Source of the DNA: the human T2T-CHM13v2.0 reference genome, Homo sapiens
Strand: one strand, 5' to 3'
DNA: 64,000 bases
Assembly: GCF_009914755.1 (NCBI RefSeq)
Contig: NC_060931.1
The stretch's first letter is position 1; each line of letters starts with the position of its first letter. Under the pieces are notes generated by a model. It was given only the letters and a program-made list of their open reading frames with translations. It ran no database searches and had not been told where the DNA came from. A program made the position numbers and the translations under genes. Positions 55,241 through 64,000 of this stretch are shown here, piece after piece.

Positions 55241-57744
55241 AAATGATAGTAATGTTGGTGATGAGGAAACAACGTATTCACTCAAGGATAGTTTTTGCAA
55301 GAACTATTTTGTGTGATAGTAAAATAGTGAAACAGTCGGTCTGTTGAGAATGATCATGAAGGAGATATGTTGGCACTTTGCTCCCTTGACTCATTTAGGT
55401 TTAAGGTCTCTTAATTAGTTGATCACAGAGTACCACATCTGACCACAATTTGTCAAAACATCTGTCCCCTGACACCCAGGGACCTTTCCAGCAGGGAGAA
55501 GAGTGAGGTGATTTGGGAGGTTATTCTTCCTATCTCTTTGGAAATCACATGGCCCAAACTTTTCTCATTAATCAACCTGTCAATGTCATTGAATCACTTA
55601 TAAAGGCATATTTTCCCCCGCAAAAGTGTATGGGTTACTGGCTTGGACACATATTTGTCTAAACATCTCGCTTCTTTCTTTTTATCTATGATGCTGAGAC
55701 TCCTAATTTAAAGATATGAATTTCTAGCTTTATGATAATTAGCTGATGAGAACATAATTTTATCAAAGACTTGCCAGGATTTTTGTTCATTCTTTGTTTT
55801 TCCTAATATAAAACCCTTTCTAATTTCTGATTTCTTTGGATATGAAGCATAGTTAGATTATTGCACTGTGTCATTTGAACAGATAAATTTAATTCTTTGA
55901 TGTGTTTATCCTCTTATGCAGCATACCTTTTGGTAAGAAGATTTTGTAGAATGCATTTCTCCAACCTTTATTTTCATCTGAATTGCTGGGTCATATAACA
56001 AAATAGAAAGTGCACTTTTGTTGGACTCCTTAGCTCACTAAGTATGATCTAGGATATGTTGCTGAGATTTCTTCAACTTCAATTCTTAGTCCATGAAGTC
56101 GATGAATTAGGTGCAATGTTTGAGCGCCCTCCCTGCCCAGAAGTCATGACTGTTTACCTCTTTGGAAAGCGAACTGGAGTTTTGCCACAAAATGCCAACC
56201 TTTAAAATAATGCTTTGATAGGGGAGAAAGGGAGATGCGAATCTGCTGCTTAATGAAGAGATTTTAGGCATTGATTAATCAAGCTTTATGGCCTGTTGGG
56301 TGGGGAAAATTCAATGGTCCTTGCAGGTAAATTGTCAGACTTCAAAAATTACTTCAAAGATTCTTGCTCTTCCTAAGAGTGTTTGTCTTGGGAAATGATA
56401 AATTTGGTCACTGGTAGAGAACAATTAAAAATACGTTGTTATTTCTTTTAGTCTATAGGTAATCTTGACTTATTTTACAGTAAGATTAGCACAGGTTGTT
56501 TACCCAGAACACTGCCAAGATAAACTTACAGCCTGCTTCTCAAAGTTTGTGAAGGTCTTTTTCGTAACTTCAAATTTGTACATTTTTGTTACCACAACAT
56601 CTGTATCCTAACTTCACCTTTGCTGGAAAAATTATAATTGAAAGGTCATAATTCTGGTGCTTTCTTCTGGCTTGCATTGGGGTTAACTAGCACACTGAAA
56701 CATAATGTTCATTCACCCTAGCCAGTGAGTCCAAACCATGTGAGGTGTATGAGAGCAACCCTGTTTCCATCCAAACTGCACATATGGTGTGGGTAAGCCA
56801 GTAATGTGAGTTTTATGCAATGTTTCTGCTCATGTACACAGTCTGTTGCTCAGCACCAATTATTCCCTGCCAGAAACCCGCTAACCTGCTGCTTTTGTAC
56901 CTCTGCTGGATGAAGTTAGGTAGCTTAAAATGACCACAATGATATTTATTTAACTTTAGCAATCTTTGTTTGTTAAAGTTATGTAACTTTAAGTGCCCAA
57001 CACATCTGTTGATTGATCACAATTGATTGCAATTAGAATCTAAGAACTGGAACATTGTTACTGCAGTTTGTGGAGATACACATGTGTTAATTATATATAT
57101 TTAGAAGGAGGAATCAAAATGTGGAAATACTAGCTTTTTGTTTATCAAATCTAGTTTTATGTCTTCAATTGAGATATTATTATTTAAAAAACGATATATA
57201 ATATTCTGTTTATACTTTGGTAGTCACCTTGTTGTCATTGTTTCCAGTTTCTACTTTTATAGCTTTAAAAACCACAAAATCAGCAGGGTGAGAGGTCCAT
57301 GTTGGGAGAACAACTGTTCCCTATTTCACACAGCCATCTTTTTTTTTTTTTTCAAATTCTGTTTTTTAATTAGTGGCAAATGGTCCTTATTTTGTCCTCC
57401 TTTGGTTTATATTACCATTACAACTTCTTGAGACTATATAGAGAGCTTAAGTGCAGCCATTTTTATGATGTCTTCCGACCACTAGAGATTCCTTCTTGAA
57501 GGATAAATTTCATCTGAATCTTCAGGCAGTGGAAAAGTAACATGTAGGTATGCACCTGGTCTAACTGACATTATCTGAATATTCCACTTTGTACCTACTG
57601 AGGAGTCTTCTTATGAACATGCCTACATGAGTGCACCAGCATGAATACATAGAAAAAAAATTATACTTTAGCTTAGTACAATTTACGTAGATTTTCCATT
57701 TTTCTCCAGGCGTAGCCAGCCCCATTCCTTACTATGTGCCAGGT

Positions 57745-58040
57745 TTCTTTGTTGTTGTTGTTGTTGTTTTTAGATGGAGTCTCGCTCTGTCGCCCAGGCT
57801 GGACAACCTTGGCTCACTGCAACCTCCACCTCCTGAGTTCAGGCGATTCTCCTGCCTCAACCTCCCAAGTAGCTGGGACTACAGGCATGCGACACCACGC
57901 CTGGCTAATTTTTGTATTTTTTAGTAGAGACAGGGTTTCACCGTATCGGCCAGGCTGGTCTCGAACTCCTGACCTCATGATCCGCCTGCCTTGGCCTCCC
58001 AAAGTGCTGGGATTACAGGCATGAGTGACTGCGCCCAGCC
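57745..58040 (-). mobile_element. AluS with a (TTG)n tail
   Basis: Dimeric Alu with a small right-arm deletion. Confidence 0.94.
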
Positions 58041-58506
58041 CCTTTTTCTGCCTTTTTATGCCACTTGCAGAGGGAGAAAAGATTGGTGTATGCTACACGT
58101 AAGAGCACAGTGATAGTGTACTGAAGTACCATTTACATTAAAAAAAAGCATATGAAAACTTTCTCACAACTTTTTAGCTGAGAAGTTGGTAAATGGTTGT
58201 ATAACCCTACTTTTTAAGATGGTTTCTCTTGGAAAATAGTTTGAAGAACATGCTGTTTATTTGTTCATCGAGATATTCTGGCATTTATGACTAGCTCAAA
58301 CCAACCCATCGGAGAGCTGTATATTTCTACCTCATTGCCTTAGTCCTGCACAGATTGCCTTCCTTGTACTGTTGTTCAGTTTGATTGAATAACTTGGTGA
58401 GAAACTGCTGTGTGGAATTTACTGATATTTATTATGGAGGTGTTACTAAGGCATTGTCAACTACATTAGATAGTTTCCCATGTGAAGTCCTACTTAGGTA
58501 TTCTAA

Positions 58507-58811
<305 letters not shown>

Positions 58812-59279
58812 TCATATTGCTTTTATACTAACAAAATATTTTGTTTTTCTTGAGGTGGTAATAGTCTCTTTTTCTCATGGCCATTGTAAATTTTGTGCCT
58901 AACTTTGTTTTTTCCCATTTTCCATTGGCTAGGGGGAAGCTCAGACCTAAATTTACAGTTCAGTTTTAGTAACTATTTAAGACCTTATGAGATATGCATC
59001 TGCTTGCTTTATTTTCCTCTCACCTGATGCTCCTGTTCTATATTTTTCCTGGACGTAATTTTTAAATTTATTGTGAGTCTTTTTAGTTGCCTCATTCATT
59101 TTGTAGAGGAAAGGGTTAAAATATATTCCTATATGTAAGTATATTTATGTAATACTTCTACAAAATATATTTATATTTAGAGTGTACTTTTTATTTTAAT
59201 AGGTTGTAAGTGGTATACATAACCTCTAATTTTAATCATCTTTTGCTCCTCTTTCAAATCTCTGATAAAATCATACATA

Positions 59280-59430
59280 GGGGTTTGACTGCGAGAACGT
59301 GTGTGACATTGAGTACCTTCCTTAACCTGTCTCTCCCATGCCTCAGGTGGAGTATGGCAGTCAGCTACACACTTACCTCCAGTGCGATGTGATTTCTTCA
59401 GGGTCCTTATTGATTTGAAGATGCAGGTGA
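59280..59430 (+). mobile_element. MIR
   Basis: gtgtgtgacattgagtaccttccttaacctgtctctcccatgcctcag. Confidence 0.55.
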
Positions 59431-59989
59431 AAGGAGCCTCCTTTCCAGGTCATCAACCTTGCCAAGCTGCTTTCGGGCAGGGTGTACCGCAGGCATCTTG
59501 CAAGTCTCACTACTTGTCACATCAGCCACTTCATGGTCTCCCTTCTGTATACACTTTCAATCCTAGATATGCTTTTTAGATGGCTTACCAGTTGGATTTT
59601 TGATATCAGTATAGAGGATGTAGGACAAGTGCCTTTCTAACTTAGAGAGAAAGATTGTCTCGGGAGTGATGGTTCCTCACAGTGGCAGATTTTCATAACC
59701 CTTGCTGTAGTATGGATAGCTGTAAGAATGTGAACTGTATCAGACAGACTTGTAGCTCAGATCTTGGCTTTACCACTTATTGTACAGGGTTACTATAAGA
59801 ATTTGGTGAGTCAATATGTAATATTTATTTGTATGTCTATATACACAGTATCTGATGTATACTAGATACTCAGTAAGTATTAGTTTCTTTTTAGATTGGA
59901 AGGAAATTATGGTTAATGCCTTAAAAATCATGCCAGAGTAGAGTAGAATTGATTAAATCATTTAGGAATTATGCTCAATTGAGAGTTAC

Positions 59990-60400
59990 AGTAAAAGGCA
60001 GGGGTTTAATTTGGGGCTTAATTTTTCTCATGTGACAAGAAGTCTCATAGAAGGTAGTTAAAGTATTGATTCAGGAGCTCAGGAATGTTAAGACCAAAGT
60101 CCTATAGTTCCTCATAGTTGCAAGTTAGCTATTGCAGCTCCAGCCATCATATCTATTTTCCAGGAAGCAGGAAGGAGGAAGACAGCAAAGGGAGAATAAA
60201 ACTGTGTCCAGAAACTTTTCAAAAAATCTCTAACAGTTTTACTGGCCATATTATAACATATGGCCACCCCTAGTGGCACGGGAGCCTGGTAAGGAGCCTA
60301 CTTTAGCTTGGTACTTTGCTACTACCCCCAGAAAAATCAGGATTCTATTAAAGATGAAAGGAAGGATGAATATTGGGTAGGCTACAAGAGGTCTCTGACA
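59990..60400 (-). mobile_element. Old MaLR LTR (MLT1J/K-like)
   Basis: gcagctccagccatcatatct...ttccaggaagcaggaagg...catatggccacccctag...gaatattgggtaggc. Confidence 0.65.
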
Positions 60401-60594
60401 TAGATATCAACCTATTTTGCTTTTAGAAGGTTCATTTGTCCAACAATAGATATCAGTGGAGGTGGGGGAGGACAAATAGAGAGAAGCATTCATTAGTGAT
60501 GCCTGGATTCTATTTAGGGCCACGAAGTCTTTGAGTAGTCATAGTGGGACAAGAAATAAAGAAGGACATTAATTTAAAAAAAAATCTTGGATAA

Positions 60595-60820
60595 GCTAAG
60601 CACAATGCTGGTAGGACCTTTACATGTATTAACTCATTAATTTTTACAGACGAGGTAGGCAATATTATCTATATATCTTATAGAGGAGGAAACCAAGGCT
60701 CAACAATACCCATTTCCCAAGGTCACAAAAAAAACAGTAACATTAATGGAACCGGAATTGAGACTTGCGCCTGACTAACCACAAAACCTATGCTTTGCAT
60801 CGTGTTGTTTTCCTGTCTCC
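60595..60820 (-). mobile_element. MIR
   Basis: tttacatgtattaactcattaa...tagaggaggaaaccaaggctca...cccaaggtcac. Confidence 0.75.
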
Positions 60821-61149
60821 ACTATATAAATAACGCTGCAGAAACCTGCTGTTTCACTTTGCTTCTCTTTTCCGTAGTGCCTTCTCCTGTGAGGTCCACA
60901 ATAACTATATATTGACTTCAATGATTTGTGTGCAGAACTAAACTGAGTGTTCTATAAAAGATTGCTGCTGTTAGTTGCTGAAGGCTGTAGAGATGAGGCC
61001 GGGAGAGGAAGAAGTGGTGCTTCTCTCTTATCACCGCCACTCAGAGGTGGGAATGACTGCCTTGGGATATATGCCACCAGTGTCGGTAGCATTCAAGGAC
61101 ATTCTTTGGGACAAAGAGAATGTGGCAAAGCAGCAGTGACCAATCTGAG

Positions 61150-61900
61150 TGAGCCAAAGTCCAAAAGGAAAGCTGATAGAATGAGTTGGCATGGAGGTGT
61201 ATCTTCTCAAGTCAGAAGCCTGGGAATTATCTTTGACTTCTTCCTCTTTCATTCTCAACCCAATTGATCACCAATCACTTTATTTCTACCTCCTCTGGCT
61301 ACCTTGCTTATCTGTCCTTTCCTCTACCTCCCCACTGCAACTACAGTGGTTCTGGCCTTATCTTTCACATGGATTATTACAAAGAGTTTTTGTAATAGCC
61401 CTTAATGCCCAGTCCTACTTTCATTCAATCCATTCACCCACAAATCTGACCATGTAGTTGCCTTACTTGATGGCATCAGAGGCTCTTCAGCTGCCTGTAG
61501 GATAAAATCCAGTAATTTGTGTCTACTGTGCATATATGGTCCTTCGTGGTCTGGTCCTGCTCCTCTGTGTAAACGTTCAGGTCTGTTCTGTGTCACCATA
61601 CAGAGTTTCTTACCATTTCTTGAGTATATTCCTTTCTCTTGAAGTTTGTGCAATTTCTGTCACTTCTCTGAAGAACTTTATCCCATACGTCTTGTGTTCA
61701 CTGAGCAAATTCCTGTTCATCCTTCAAACCCCTGCTCAAATATCTTTCATCTTCAATGCCATTTAGTCTCCCCTCTGGTCCCTTAACACCTTGTACATCT
61801 GACCAGGAGTGCCATGAAGTGGGGATTCGGGTTGACTCATCATTGTTCCCTGTGCGTGGCATGCATCAGCCACTCAATAAATATTTAATGTTTGATGTGT
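61150..61900 (+). mobile_element. L2
   Basis: caagtcagaagcctgggaattatctttgact...aaatctgaccatg...ggataaaatcca...cactcaataaatattt. Confidence 0.75.
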
Positions 61901-62360
61901 GCAGGAACAGTCAGACTAGACAAAAGACAGAAGAACTTGTTATCTAAGTATTACTCTTAACCATGAAAAGCTCTAACTTTGGATAACCTCCTTACCTTTC
62001 GGTGCTAGAGTAATGGGAATATATTTGAAACATTACTTCATCTCTCCGAAGTGAATTATTCTCACCAGGTTCTTAACAGTTTCTGTTAGTTTTTCAGGTT
62101 ATGTTTAATAATTCCCATGATACCAGCTGAATGATGATTCTAATTCTCAAATCCTAAAGTGACTCTTGCCTCTCTTGTCCAATTTAACCTGCCACATTGA
62201 TTTTTTATTTGTTATGTATTATGACTTTCCTCAAAACTTGGTTGTATTTTGGATTTTCTTTTCTGTATCTCATCCGTTTTTGCATCCGTTCCTGACTAAA
62301 GACACACTTTCAATGGTACTTTTTACCTTTTAGATGTTTCAGTATGTTCCCCCCACCCCC

Positions 62361-63708
<1,348 letters not shown>

Positions 63709-64000
63709 TGATTCCTAAGGGTAAATTTGTGTATGATTTTTAGCCCCATAGTACAGGACCTTCTTGCACAAAAATTAGGAATTTGACAAAATAAGTAAAT
63801 GACAAGCATCTGAAGATTTTCTTCAAACCATGAATATATTACTTCTCAAAATTTTAAGCCCCCATTTTTGATGTATCAAATAACATTCAGCAGTTGTTTA
63901 TATTACGCTGTATCTGGTAAGTTGTAGGTAATTACTAGAAGAATATAAGATTCTTGAGAGCTGCATAAATGTGATTTCTGCAGGGTCTCTTTAGGTATGC

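Noticed and set aside
60262-60279. CTCF-like ggccacccctagtggcac
   Set aside because: Mismatches at key positions; explained by MLT1 consensus sequence.

Overview
Primate (very probably human) genomic DNA, AT-rich, with no CpG island, made almost entirely of intron and interspersed repeats. One real coding exon is visible at 46207-46280 (+, 74 nt, AG/GT bounded). It encodes (G)[24 protein letters not shown], which I recognise from memory as the middle coding exon of UMAD1, the UMA-domain ESCRT-I subunit on human 7p21. The window would therefore be that exon plus parts of its two long flanking introns. The rest is about 25 Alus or Alu fragments, L1/L2/MIR/CR1 fragments, MaLR and ERV1 solo LTRs (THE1, MSTB, MLT1, MER4-type, MER41B), MER DNA transposons and microsatellites. 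None of the supplied ORFs looks like a real gene. I found no exotic new biological system. The best leads are (1) a candidate alternative or poison exon at about 16.9 kb whose ATG is in frame with the UMAD1 exon, inside a TCF/LEF-motif-rich repeat-free island; (2) a nested LTR cluster upstream of the exon, including a MER41B with both STAT1 GAS sites broken; (3) an Alu orientation switch centred on the exon; and (4) several mechanistically unusual retrotransposon insertions. Repeat subfamilies were called by eye, and the boundaries of ancient repeats are approximate.
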